DNA from: Chiloscyllium plagiosum
Lineage: Eukaryota
DNA length: 45,595 bases
Assembly: GCF_004010195.1 (NCBI RefSeq)
Contig: NC_057719.1
Coordinates: forward strand, 7,146,397 to 7,191,991
Reading direction: 5' to 3'
Part shown: positions 1-11,580 of the stretch, piece by piece
How the letters are laid out: the number at the start of each line of letters is the position of its first letter
Numbering within the stretch: position 1 is the first letter of the stretch
Translations under genes and position numbers: made by a program
Notes under the pieces: generated by a model
The model's database searches: none
Seen by the model: only the letters and a program-made list of their open reading frames with translations
What the model was told of the DNA's origin: nothing

Positions 1-755
1 TTAGGCAGCATCCAGGGAACAGGAGATTCGACGTTTCGGGCACAGGCCCTTCTTCAGGAATGAGCAGAGAGTGTTCAGCAGGAGAAGATAAAAGGTAGGG
101 AGGAGGGACTTGGAGGAGGGGCGTTGGAAATGTGATAGGTGGAAAGAGGTCAAGGTGAGGGTGATAGGTCGGAGTAGGGTGGAGGCGGGGAGGTCAAGAA
201 GAAGACTGCAGGTCAGGAAGGCGGTGCCGGGCTGGAGGGATTCGGCTGAGACAAGGTGGGGGGAGGGGGGATGAAGAAACTGGTGAAGTTCAAGTTCATC
301 CCCTGTGGTTGGAGGGTTCCCAGTCGGAAGGTAAGACGCTCCTCCTCCGACCGTCGGGTTGTTGTGGTTTGGCGGTGGGTGAGTCCAATGACCTGCATAT
401 CCTCGGTGGAGTGGGAGGGGGAGTTGAAATGCTGTGCTACAGGGTGGTTTGGTTGGTTCGTCTGGGTGGCCCAGAGGTGCTCTCTGAATCGCTCCGCAAG
501 TAGGCGGCCTGTCTCCCCAATATAGAGGAGGCCACACCGGCTGCAGCGGATGCAGTAGATGATGTGGGTGGAGGTGCAGGTGAATCTGTGGCGGATATGG
601 AAGTTTCCCTTGGGGCCTTGGAGAGAAGTGAGGGGGGAGGTGTGGGCGCAAGTGTTGCACCTCCTGCGGTTGCAAGGGAAGGTGCCGGGAGTGGTGGTTG
701 GGTCGGTGGGGGGTGTGGATCTGACAAGGGAGTCGCGGAGGGAGTGGTCTCTACG
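1..755 (-). mobile_element. Penelope-like retroelement (family A), 3' part: GIY-YIG endonuclease remnant plus pseudo-LTR
   Basis: The minus strand reads CGLLYIGETGRLLAERFREH...PVAQHFNSPSH...RLGTLQPQGMN, a PLE GIY-YIG domain. It is followed by a pyrimidine-rich tract and the hammerhead-bearing terminus. It is homologous to 23230-23914. Confidence 0.9.
26..60 (-). ncRNA. Minimal type I hammerhead ribozyme core in PLE terminus
   Basis: The minus strand reads TTC-CTGAAGA-AGGGC-CTGT-GCCC-GAAAC-GTC-GAA. This gives CUGANGA and GAAA boxes, stem II, a short stem I (TTC/GAA), a palindromic ACGT stem III and a GUC cleavage triplet. Confidence 0.8.
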
Positions 756-761
756 GAAACT

Positions 762-810
762 AAAGTTTCAACTTTGATCTCCAGCATCTGCAGACCTCAC
801 TTTCTCCTCC
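762..810 (+). mobile_element. Inverted PLE 3' terminal segment attached to the 5' end of the 1-755 copy
   Basis: GATCTCCAGCATCTGCAGACCTCACTTTCTCCTC is the same terminus seen at 21386-21419, here in opposite orientation to the adjacent body. Confidence 0.8.
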
Positions 811-1044
811 CAGTTTACCTTCGTACCTCATTTTTCCTCTGCGTATTTCCTTCTTAGTAATCCTCTGTTGCTCTTTAAAAGCTTCCCAGTCCTCAGTTTT
901 CCCACTTATCTTAGTTATGTTATACTTTTTCTCTTTTAACTTTATACGTTTCTTTACTTCCCTCGTCAGCCACGGCCGCCCATGCCTCCTCCTGGGATCT
1001 TTCTTCCTTTTAGGAATGAACTGATCCTGCAACTTCTGCATTAT
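811..1044 (-). mobile_element. CR1 LINE ORF2 fragment (endonuclease-RT linker)
   Basis: The translation QFIPKRKK...PWLTREVKKRIKLKEKKY...EDWEAFKEQQRITKKEIRR is typical of CR1 ORF2. Confidence 0.8.
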
Positions 1045-1685
1045 ACTATCCTGGTAGCTAGTTTCCTGCCTGTCTGTCCCATGTAGTGTGTTGCAATCCT
1101 TGCAGGGTATTTTGTGTAGTATGTTTTGCTGGCTGGTGTACGGGATCCTTTAGGTTCATCAGTAGCTGTTTCAGTCTTTTGGTAAGTTTGTGGACTATCA
1201 TGATGCCAAGGGGTCGGAGTAGTCTGGTCATCATCTCTGAGATGTATTTGTATGGTAGTGTGGCTAGTGTCTCTGGGCATGTTGTCATCTTGTTTGGGTT
1301 TGTTGTTTAAGGATCAGCGGACTGTGCTTATCAGGTACCCAATGTTCTTGAATAGGTCATATAGGTATTTTTCTTCTGCGCATAGTTCCTGGGCGCTGCA
1401 GTGTGTTGTGGCCTGTTTAAATGTCTTGATGCAGCTGTGTTTGTGTGTTGGAATGATTGATCCTGTAGTTGAATATCTTGTCTGTGTGTGTTGCTTTCCT
1501 GTAGTCGCTGGTCTACAGTTCTCCATTGACTGATCATCCCACTGTGATATCTAAGAAGGGGAGTCTGTTGTTGTTCTCTTCCTCTTTGGTGAAATTTATG
1601 ACAGTAAGGATGTTGTTAATGGTATTGTTAATGATATTGTAAGTTTCTTCTAACTTGTTTCGCTTTGTAATAACAAAGGTGTCAT

Positions 1686-2026
1686 GAATTAGAATTAGAT
1701 TCCCTACAGTGTGGAAACAAACCCTTTGTCCCAATAAGTCCACACCAACCCTCTGAAGAGTATCCCAACCAGGCCTATTATCCTACATTTCCCCTGACTA
1801 ATGCACCTAACCTACACATCCCTGAACACTGGGTAATTTGGTATTGCCTATTCACCTACTCTGCACATCTTTGGACTGTAGGAGGAAACCGGCGCACCCA
1901 GAGGAAACCCACGCAGACAAGAGGAGAATGTGCAAATTCCACAGATAGTCGCCCAAGGCTGGAATCAAACCCGGGTCCGTGGCGCTGTGATGCAGCAGTG
2001 CTAACTACTGTGCCATCAATGTTTAT
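1686..2026 (-). mobile_element. tRNA-derived SINE (HE1/V-SINE-like)
   Basis: The minus-strand head GGCACAGTAGTTAGCACTGCTGC...GGTTTGATTCC has A/B boxes. The core is GTGGGTTTCCTCTGGGTGCGCCGGTTTCCTCC...CCAAAGATGTGCAG, with a short repeat tail. The 9-bp TSD AGGTGTCAT lies at 1677-1685 and 2027-2035. Confidence 0.85.
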
Positions 2027-2214
2027 AGGTGTCATCTACATAGCGGACCCAAAGCGTGGGTTGGATTGTGGGCAGGGCTGTTTATTCTAGTCTCTGCATA
2101 ACTGCTTCTACTAATAACCCTGACATAGGTGATCCCATGGGCATCCCATTGATTTGTTTATAAGTCTTGTCATTGAAGGTGATGTGGGTAGTGAGGCGCA
2201 GGTCAACTAACTTG

Positions 2215-4755
2215 TCAACTGAGGTAGTATGGGCTGAGGTTAGAAACAGGAAAGGAGAGGTCACCCTGTTGGGAGTTTTCTGTAGGCCTCCGAATAGTTT
2301 CAGAGATGTAGAGGAAAGGATAGCAAAGATGATTCTCGATAGGAGTGAGAGAGACCAGGTAGTTGTCATGGGGGACTTCAACTTTCCAAATATTGACTGG
2401 GAACACTATAGTACAAGTACTATAGATGGGTCAGTTTTTGTGCAGGAGGGCTTCCTGACACAGTATGTAGACAGGCCAACAAGGGGTGAAGCCACATTAG
2501 ATTTGGTACTGGGTAATGAGCCCGGTCAGGTGTTAGACTTGAAAGTAGGTGAGCACTTTGGTGATAGCGATCACAATTCTGTTATGTTTACTTTAGTGAT
2601 AGAAAGGGATAGGTGTATACCACTGGGCAAGACTTACAGCTGGAGGAAAGGCAATTACGATGCGATTAGGCAAGATTTAGGAAGCATAGGATGGGGAAGG
2701 AAACTGCAGGGAATGGGCACATTAGAAATGTGGAGCTTATTCAAGGAAAAGCTCCTGAGTGTCCTAGACAAGTATGTACCTGTCAGGCAGGGAGGAAGCT
2801 GTAGAGCATGGGAGCCGTGGTTTACGATGCAAGTGGAATCTCTGGTCAAGAGGAAGAAGGAGGTTTATGTTAGGGGATGAGATGTGAAGGCTCAGTTAGG
2901 GCGCTTGAGGATTACAAGGTAGCCAGGAAAGACCGAAAGAGAGCGCTCAGAAGAGCCAGGAGGAGACGTGAGAAGTTGTTGGTGGATAGGATCAGGCTTT
3001 CTATAGGTATTTAAGGAATAAAAGAATGATGAGAGTAAGATTAGGGCCAATCAAGGATAGTAGTGGGAAGTTGTGTGTGGAGTCAGAGGAGATAGGGGAA
3101 GCTCTAAATGAATATTTTTCGACACTATTCACTCTAGAAAACGACAATGTTGTCGAGGAGAATACTGAGATACAGGCTACTAGACTGGGTGGGATTGAGG
3201 TTCACAAGGAAGAGGTATTAGAAATCCTGCAGAGTGTGAAAATAGATAAGTCCCCTGGGCCGGATGGGATTTATCATAGGATCATCTGGGAAGCCAGGGA
3301 GGAGATTGCCGAGCCTTTGACATTGATCTTTAAATCGTCATTGTCTACAGGAATAGTGTCAGAAGACTGGAGGATAGCAAATGTGGTTCCCCTGTTCAAG
3401 AAAGGGAGTAGAGACAACCCTGGTAATTATAGACCAGTGAGCCTTACTTCAGTTGTTGGTAAAGAGTTGGAAAAGGTTATAAGAGATAGGATTTATAATC
3501 ATCTAGAAAAGAATAATTTGATTAGGGATAGTCAGCACGGTTTTGTGAAGGGTAGGTCGTGCCTCACAAACCTTATTGAGTTCTTTGAGAAGGTGACCAA
3601 ACAGGTAGATGAGAGTAAACTGGTTAATGTAGTGTATATGCATTTCAGCAAGGCGTTCAATAAGGTTCCTCACAGGCTATTGTACAAAATGCAGAGGAAT
3701 GGGATTGTGGGAGATATAGCAGTTTGGATCAGTAATTGGCTTGCTGAAGGAAGGCAGAGGGTGGTGGCTGATGGAAAATGTTCATCCTGGAGTCCAGTTA
3801 CTGGTGGTGTACTGCAAGGGTCGGTGTTGGGTCCACTGCTGTTTGTCATTTTTATAAATGACCTGGATGGGGGCGTAGAAGGGTGCGTTAGTAAGCTTGC
3901 AGACGACACTAAGGTCAGTGGAGTTGCAGATAGTGACGAAGGATGTTGTAGGTTACAGAGGGACATAGATAAGCTGCAGAACTGGGCTGAGAGGTGGCAA
4001 ATGGAGTTTAATGCGGACAAGTGTGAGGTGATTCACTTTGGTCGGAGTAATCGGAATGCAAAGTACTGGGCTAATGGTAAGATTCTCGGTAGTGTAGATG
4101 AGCAGAGAGGTCTCGGTGTCCAGATACACAGATCCTTGAAAGTTGCCACCCAGGTTGTTAAGAAGGCATACAGTGTTTTAGCTTTTATTAATAGAGGGAT
4201 CGGGTTCCGGAACCATGAGGTTATGCTACAGCTGTACAAAACTCTGGTGCGGCCGCACTTGGAGTATTGTGTGCAGTTCTGGTCACCGCATTATAAGAAG
4301 GATGTGGAAGTTTGGAAAGGGTGCAGAGGAGATTTACTAGGGTGTTGCCTGGTATGGAGGGGAGGTCTTACGAGGAAAGGCAGTGGGACTTGAGGCCGTT
4401 TTCGTTGGAGAGAAGAAGGTTGAGAGGTGACTTAAAAGAGACATATAAGATGGTTAATTAGGGTGGACAGGGAGAGCCTTTTTCCAAGAATGGTGACAGC
4501 GAGCACGAGGGGGCATAGCTTTAAATTGAGGGGTGATAGATATAGGACAGATGTCAGAGGTTTCTTTACTCAGAGTAAAGGGGATGGAATGCTTTGCCTG
4601 CAACGGTAGTAGATTCGCCAACTTTAAGTGCATTTAAGTCATCATTGGACAAGCATACATGGAATAGTGTAGGTTAGATGGGCTTCAGATTGGTGTGACA
4701 GGTCGGTGCAACATCAAGGGCCGAAGGGCCAGACTGCGCTGTAATGTTGTATGTT
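2215..4755 (+). mobile_element. 5'-truncated CR1 LINE (endonuclease C-terminus, RT, 3' UTR)
   Basis: It contains APE motifs MGDFNFP and GDSDHN, RT motifs NYRPVSLTS, QGSVLGP and ADDTK, and a CR1 3' hairpin with a TTCTA-type tail. The near-TSD CTAACTTG/CTAGCTTG lies at 2207-2214 and 4756-4763. Confidence 0.95.
3026..4393 (+). pseudogene. Disabled CR1 reverse transcriptase reading frame
   Basis: A 455-codon ORF, frameshifted relative to the upstream endonuclease ORF (2167-2880) and near its own 3' end. DFSKAFDKV has become HFSKAFNKV and FADD has become LADD. Confidence 0.85.
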
Positions 4756-5044
4756 CTAGCTTGAAGATGCTGTCTTTATTGATTGAGTTGATGCTGTTTG
4801 GTATGTGTGTCCTTGGTTCATCTGGTGTGAAGTCAGTGTTTCTTTGGCCAGGCTGATGTTAATTGATGTGAATAGGGCCATTACATCGAAGGAGTCCATA
4901 ACTTCATCCTCTACTATCTTGGTGTCTTTGTTCAGGAATTCTTGGGTGGAGTGGATGGAGTTGTAAGAGTTTTCTACTAGTTATTTCAGTTTACAGTGAA
5001 GTTCCTTTGCTCGTCTGTAATACAATGTTCTGTATGTTTCAATT

Positions 5045-5525
5045 AGATCCGCCCCTCATCCTTCTAACCTCCATCGAGTATAAACCTAGCATCCTCAAAT
5101 GTTCCTCATATGTTAAAGCTTTTTATTCCTGGAGCCATTCTTGTAAATCTCCTCTGAATGTGCTCCAGGGCCATAAGACCATAAGACATAGGAGCGGATG
5201 TAAGGCCATTTGGCCCATCGAGTCCACTCCGCCATTCAATCATGGCTGATGGGCATTTCAACTCCACTTACCAGCATTCTCCCGTGGCCCTTAATTCCTT
5301 GTGACATCAAGAATTTATCAATTTCTGCCTTGAAGACATTTAGCGTCCCAGCATCCACTGCACTCTGTGGCAATGAATTCCACAGGCCCACCACTCTCTG
5401 GCTGAAGAAATGTCTCTGCATTTCTGTTCCGAATTTACCACCTCTAATCCTAAGGCTGTGTCCACGGGTCCTAGTCTCCTCGCCTAACGGAAACAATTTC
5501 CTAGCGTCCACCCTCTCCAAGCCAC
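5045..5525 (-). mobile_element. Two adjacent CR1 3' fragments
   Basis: The minus ORF reads RTRGHSLRIRG...FFSQRVVGLWNSLP...FKAEIDKFL, the CR1 C-terminus. The tail CATAAGACCATAAGACATAGG lies at about 5172, and a second fragment spans 5045-5171. Confidence 0.85.
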
Positions 5526-5684
5526 AGGATGGTGAAATGTTGAAAGAACCACTAATACATTGAAATACTCGGGGAAAATTAGCTCAAACACAAACAAGTA
5601 TGAGCAAACAGCTGTACAGGTAATGGACCAGACAACTTGTCAAATGGCGCAATACCAAAATCCCTCTGACCACAGGGTGTGTAA

Positions 5685-5790
5685 TATAGAGTCATACAGC
5701 AGATCCTTTGGCTCAACCCGTCCACACTAATCATGTTCTCAAACAAAACTAATCCCACCTACCCATGTTTGGCTCATATCCCTCGAAACC
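5685..5790 (-). mobile_element. Short decayed CR1 3' end
   Basis: AGAGTCATACAGC...TGGCTCAACCCGTCC...TGGCTCATATCCCTC resembles the CR1 ends at 8810 and 39970. Confidence 0.6.
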
Positions 5791-6189
5791 TTTAATAAAT
5801 TTGAGAAATTTACAAGATTGCCTACAACACAGGAACAGCTGTAAGATCCACGATGCTCTCAGTCCACCTTTTTTAATTTCTAGTTTTTGAGATTGATTCG
5901 ATTTGAGATGGGGTGGGAATGGGTGGAGGTGCATTGAAGCAAAAACCTATTTCATTTTCAAAAGCAAACTTCTCAATGGCTATTTCTTAATCTGTCCTAT
6001 TCATTAAATATAGCCAAAAACACACAACATTTGTGAGGCAAGGTATATTTGCAGAATAAGTATCAACATGATTTGGCAAGTTGTTTAACTTGAATGTGTA
6101 TCAATAATATTAAACATAGAAGAGAACATTGCTATCATTGCAGTTTAGGAATCAGATTGGTTAGTTTGGTGTGTTTTTGTTGATATCTA

Positions 6190-6364
6190 GGAGAAAGTGA
6201 GGACTGCAGATGTTGGAGATCAGAGCTGAAAAATGTGTTGCTGGAAAAGCGCAGCAGGTCAGACAGCATCCAAGGAGTCGGAGGGCTTATGCCTGAAACG
6301 TCGATTCTCCTGCTCCTTAGATGCTGCCTGACCTGCTGGGCTTTTCCAGCAACACATTTTTCAG
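6190..6364. mobile_element. Fold-back PLE-terminus insertion
   Basis: Two inverted arms of the family A terminus, with a perfect 15-bp TSD TTTTGTTGATATCTA at 6175-6189 and 6365-6379. The hammerhead is incomplete (CUGANGA box missing). Confidence 0.9.
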
Positions 6365-7939
6365 TTTTGTTGATATCTATCTACACGAGTGTAATATTTG
6401 TTTTTAAATGGTCAGAAGTTAGAAATGTTGAATGTAAATTTTTAACTTCTTGAATTTCAAGACCATTTCTAATTGGGAAATACCAGCAAGGAATAAGATG
6501 CACCATTTACATGCTCTTCAAAATATTTGTTGTATCAGGAAGCTGGGAGAAAACCCACATTGTGATACAAGAAGCTCTCTTGGGGACCCAGATCAGCCTA
6601 AAGTCATATTGTGCAAGTGAAATAAAGAGAGGGATCTTTATTCCACATTGTTGTAATTTTTTATGTTTGGAGACAAATATATTTCTTGCCTAAAAATCTT
6701 AATTTTGTTTATTATTGGTAAAATATGACTTGTCTCTCCTGAGACACTTGTGAATCAATTCCCAGTTGATCAGTGTTGTTAATGTGGAATATAGAGTGTC
6801 AGAATATACCTGTGAAATAAGTTAGTGAGGTGTGTGAAATAAAATGATCCTTGTCCAAAATATGACAGTATGGAAAATGCATATTAAAGAATCGCCATTG
6901 ACCGATTTGGAGAGTTTTATATTTGAAAATGCAGTTGTTTGGCTTTTTTACATCTGAGTAAGGCTACTCCTGTGTGAAGAAAAATATATTTGTTGTCCAG
7001 ATGATGGACAACATATCCATGATCTGCCAGTAAAGAGCAAGCATAAAGTAACACTGTGTCCTGATTAAAGTGAGTTTTTTTGTAGGTGGTTCTTTTTTGT
7101 TGCTGATGCTGTAGAAACATGGCTTGTTTCCAAAAGTGTGATCAATCACAATGAAGTTAGAAGTTCAAAGGAATACATAACAACACTGGACACACATCTG
7201 TTGAAAATGCATCTTAACACAGTAGTCTTTTATCATTGCACTTCACTTGAGGCTGTAGTTTGAGACAGTGGGATAACTAGGTGAATCAATTAGTGACACC
7301 TGCAGGTAACAGCAACACAGATGGTAACATTTAGTAACTGGACAATTATTCTCAGGTGTACTGTTTGGAATGTTAGTAGCAATAGCCATCTATTTGGATA
7401 ATTAAACCTCATAGTTATCTCGGGAGGTATGCTAACAGTGAAATAGGAAAGCTGGAAATATCATGTTTATTTTGCTATACAAGTGAACAATATAATTGCA
7501 TTTGTTTGCTGAAGTATAGATCAGCAAATATTCTATAAAAGTCTAGGAATTATTGCAATTTCAAACAATACAAAGTCGGTTTATTTCTCTAGTGTCTCAG
7601 CTGCCACCTTGATTGCTGACCTAGTTGTATAGGTAGGTTGTGTAATCCTGTCAGAGCATCAAGCCAAACTGTACACTACACCATGCATTTCACCATTGGC
7701 TTAAATCATTTTTGCCCGATGCTGCATGACACCTTGGTAACAATTGGGATATAATTCAATGAATCTATGCAGCTGTGAAAATAGCCAGTGTGACATCAGG
7801 ACAAAATTCATCAGTTCTCTTGCAACATGATCCACAATCTGACCTTGACTTTCATGGACCCTCCTTGTATCTCTGAAGTCTTTGACATTTCTTTTCCATT
7901 GGGCCTTCTGCTTGTTCATTCAATCAGACATTATTCTCT

Positions 7940-8340
7940 ACAGTGAAGGCACTTACTATACTTGCCTTTATTGGTCAGTGCATGGAGTATAGTAGTTGGA
8001 AGTTCATGTTACAGCTGTGCAGTCCATTGGTTAGGACACTTTTGGAATACTGTGTTCAGTTCTGGCCTCCCTGCTTTCGCAAGGATGTTGTGAAACTTGA
8101 AATAGTTCAGAAAAGATTTATAAGGATGTTGCCAGGTTTGGAGGGTTTGAGCTATAAGGAAAAGCTAAAAAAAAAAACTGGGGCTATTTTCTCTGGAGCA
8201 GCGGAGGCTGAGCAGTGACCTTCTAGAAGTTTATAAAATCATGAGGGGCATGAATAGGGTGTATAATCAAAGTCTTTTCCCCAGGATAGAGGAATCCAAA
8301 ACCAGAGGGCATAAGTTTAAAATGAGAGAGGAAATATCGT
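7940..8340 (+). mobile_element. CR1 3' ORF2 fragment
   Basis: Translation LVRTLLEYCVQFWPP...KLEIVQKRFIRMLPGLEGLSY. Confidence 0.85.
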
Positions 8341-8673
8341 CGGCATCTGGAACACACTACCTGGAACTTTAGTAGAGGCAATAAATTGTCACTATCAATT
8401 AGATAATTATCTGGAGAAAATCTTATAAGCTTCTGAGTGAAAAGGCAGAGAAACGAGCGGCTGAGTAACTTTTGGAGCAAGCCAGCACATATGCTTGGTT
8501 GAATGACCTCCGATATCGTAATTATTTTGAGATTCTTTTCATCACCGAAGCTGAATTATACCCTTACCTGAAGTCTGGTAATCTACACATTTCAGCAGAA
8601 ATTGTAAGATAGTGGTTAGAAAGTGTAACCTTTTGTTTTGCTGATACTTTTCCCCTCTTCCATTTCCTGTTTC

Positions 8674-8800
8674 AAAATAAAAAAGAACTGCAGGCGCTGG
8701 AAATTGGAAACACGAACAAAAATTGCTGGAACATCTCTGCAAGCCTGGCAGCATCTATGTAGAGAAATCTGTTAACATTTTGGATCTAGTAACACTTCAG
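8674..8800 (-). mobile_element. Older PLE-terminus-like repeat with decayed hammerhead
   Basis: ACTGCAGGCGCTGGAAAT...TTGCTGGA...GGCAGCATCT parallels the family A terminus. Related copies lie at about 11582-11710 (+) and 42805-42895 (-). Confidence 0.55.
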
Positions 8801-8809
8801 GGTTAAATA

Positions 8810-8935
8810 CATAGAGTCATAGAAATGTACAGCACAGAAACAGACCCTTCGGTCCAACTCGTCCATGCCGACCACATATCCTAACCTGAATCTAGACCCA
8901 TTTTCCAACACCTGTCCCTCGTTCCTCTAAACCCT
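8810..8935 (-). mobile_element. CR1 3' end
   Basis: CATAGAGTCATAGAAATGTACAGCACAGAAACAGACCCTTCGGTCCAAC matches the ends at 26230-26286 (+) and 39970 (-). Confidence 0.8.
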
Positions 8936-8957
8936 GGAATACAGCAGAATTAGGGAA

Positions 8958-9153
8958 GGGAATGGCCTGGTGGTATTATCACTGGACTGTTAATCGAGAG
9001 ACCCAGGTAATGTCCTGGGGATCCAGGTTCGAATGTTGACATGCCAGATGGTGGAATTTGAATTCAGTGAAACAAAATCTAGAATTGAGAGTCTAATGAT
9101 GACCGTGAATCTATTATCGATTATTGGGAAAACCCATCTGGTTCAATAATGTC
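8958..9153 (+). mobile_element. tRNA-derived SINE (second family), 5' half
   Basis: A B-box-like GGTTCGAATG is followed by GGTGGAATTTGAATTCA...AAAACCCATCTGGTTCA. It is homologous to 25103-25408 (-) and about 42985-43130 (-). Confidence 0.65.
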
Positions 9154-9161
9154 AATAATTG

Positions 9162-9288
9162 CCCAACCACATGATGAAGGAGCTGCACTCCGAAACCTAG
9201 TGCTTCCAATTAAACCTGTTGGGCTATAACCTGGTATTGTGAGAATTTTAACTTTGTACACCCCAGTCCAACACCGGCATCTCCAAAA
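9162..9288 (+). mobile_element. PLE-type terminus (family C) with degenerate hammerhead
   Basis: CAC-ATGATGA-AGGAGC-TGC-ACTCC-GAAA-CCTAGTG is followed by AAACCTGTTGG..CTATAACCTGG. It is homologous to 27028-27212. Confidence 0.7.
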
Positions 9289-9329
9289 ATTGATGAGTTT
9301 AGAAATTGTTAGAATATGATTCTGCTGCT

Positions 9330-9880
9330 GCAGCAGATGGCCCTCCATGTCTCATTGATGTTCAATCTAGAGTTGCTGGATCTGTGCGAAGTTTGTCCTG
9401 ATTAGCACAGTGAAGATGCCGCAGTAAGGTATTCTTAGTGTAAACATGGAACTTCATCTCCACATCTTGGTCTCTCTCACCAGTACTCTCATGGACTGAT
9501 GCATATGTAGCAGGCAGATTGGTGAGGATGAGGTCAAATATGTTTTTCCCTCTATTTTTACCATATACAAAATTCATTGTAGCAAATCACTGAGGCTTCT
9601 TTGCACCTTCCAAACTTAATTTCTAATACCTGAAAGGCAAAAAGCAGATATATTTGAACATCACCACTTGCAAGTTCCCTTCCAAGTCTCTCACTATCCT
9701 GATTTTGGAACTACATTGACGTCAGTGTTACTGAGTCAACATCATGAAACTCCCTTTCAAAAAGCACTGTGGATAAACTGTACTAGATGGACTGCAGAAG
9801 TTCAGGGAAATGCTTGCAGGAGCTTCTAGATGGACAGCACTGTTAGCCTACCTATCGATGCTGACATCCAAAACAAAAAG
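9330..9880. mobile_element. Old CR1/L2-group LINE fragments
   Basis: The minus translation RGKNIFDLILTNLP...VHESTG (9362-9560) resembles an APE endonuclease C-terminus. The stretch 9590-9880 resembles a LINE 3' region on +. Confidence 0.45.
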
Positions 9881-10214
9881 TTTAAAAACTCATCTTTTAT
9901 ATTATCCAAAATTTGGAGTTAGCAAGAGTATAGGGATATTCAGGTGACAAGCTGAGGGAAGATATGTTACACGTACAACAGTACTGGTATAAAAACCCAG
10001 GAGTGTTTTGGGATCGATCCAGGGGTTAAACAGTGTTAATGAAATTAAATTGTTGAGTTGCTGGCACTTGGAGGTACATGTTCTAATCATCATTGGTATT
10101 TTTGGCCTGGATGTTTATTCCTAGAATCTATTTAGCCCCTGTGACTTGGTGATATATAAGCATTTTTACATACAGCTGAAGAGATTGTAGCGGTATTGAT
10201 GGTGACATTTCAGA

Positions 10215-11580
10215 AGTGACCAGAATCAAGGTGGGTGCCAGAGGAGTGGAAAAATGCCTAATACAACATCCTGTTAAGAAAGGGCGGGGGGGATGCGTGT
10301 GTAAAGCACTTGGAAGTGCATGATAAAATAGCGCTGATGCAGCATAGATTCATAAGGCGCAGTCATGCATGACAAATGTTAGAATTCTTTGAGAAGGTAG
10401 TGAGCCAGTGGACCTGATCGGTTTGGATTTCCAGAAGCCCTTTGACAAGGTGTCACGCAAGAAGTTGCTGAAGAAGTGGCCATGGGATTAGGGACAAGGT
10501 ACTGGCATGGACAGAGAAATGGCTGGTTGGCTAGCAGAAGGCAGAGAGTGGGGATAAAGGTGGTTACTTTCAGGGTGACAACTGGTGACCAGTGGAATTC
10601 CGCATGAGTCAGTGTTGGGATTACAGCTATTCACGTTATACTTCAACAATCTGGATGAAGGAACTGAAGGAATTGTCGATATGTTCAGATGACACAAAGG
10701 TGGAGGAACAGGTAGTGCTGAGGCAGCAGGAGGCTGCACAAGGACTTGGGACAGGTGAGGAGAGTGGGGAGAGAAGTAGCATGTGAAATACAATGTGGGA
10801 AAGTGAGAGATTATCACTTTGGTGTGAAGAATAGAGGTGAAGACATTTCTAAATGGGGGAAGGTTTTGAAAATCTGAAGCACAAATAGACTTCAGTTCTC
10901 ATTCAGGGTTCTCTTAAGATGAACATGCAGATTCATTTAGCAGTTGGGAAGACAAAGGCAATGCTAGCATTTATTTCGAGAGGACTAGAATACAGGGATG
11001 TACTGCTGAAGTTTTATAGGGCTCTGATGAGACTGCGTTTGAAATATTAGTAGTTTTGGACCCTGTATATAGGGAACAATGTGCTGGCCTGGGAGGGATT
11101 TCGGAGGAGGTTTACAAGAATGATTCTGGGGATGGGGAGCAGTTGAGGAATCTAGATCTGTATTTGATGGAGTTTAGAAGGTGAGGGGGGATCTCATTGA
11201 AACTTAGAGAATACTGAGAGGCCTGGAGAAGTGGACAAGGAGAAGATGTTTCCACTAGTAGGAGAGACTAAGACTCAAAGGCACAGCTTCAGAGTGAAGG
11301 ATCAATCATTTAGAACTCTGATGAAGAGAATAACCTCCACCAAAGGTGGTGAAGCTGTGGAACTTATGGCCACAGAAGGCTGTGGAAGCCAAGGCATTGA
11401 ATGTATTTAAGACAGAGTATACTTAAGAGTGAGATAGCTGCTTGATTGGTAAGGGGATCAAAGGTTCTGGGGAGAAGGCAGAAGAATGTGATGGAGAAGC
11501 ATGTCAACCATGATCAAATGGTGGAGGAGACTTGATGGGCAGAATGGCATAATTCTACTTCTATATCTAATGGCCTATTG
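10215..11580 (+). mobile_element. Heavily decayed CR1 LINE (RT to 3' end)
   Basis: Remnants of DFQKPFDKV and DDTKV motifs, followed by a CR1 3' UTR (ATGGGCAGAATGGCATAATTCTACTTCTATATCT). Confidence 0.8.

Larger units (their letters stand above)
1045..5030 (-). mobile_element. Penelope-like element (family B) RT plus GIY-YIG remnant, split by SINE and CR1 insertions
   Basis: Segments 4756-5030 (SFDVMALFTSINI), 2027-2214 (YKQINGMPMGSPMSG, WVRYVDDT) and 1045-1685 (FTKEEENNNRLPFLDITV; HYMGQTGRKLATRI) join into one degraded PLE ORF once the inserts are removed. Confidence 0.85.

Noticed and set aside
1..857. Proline-rich and other overlapping ORFs
   Set aside because: They are alternative frames of a GC-skewed PLE remnant.
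3026..4393. 455-aa RT ORF as an active or domesticated gene, retron or defence RT
   Set aside because: It is a 5'-truncated CR1 copy with frameshifts and a substituted catalytic-motif aspartate.
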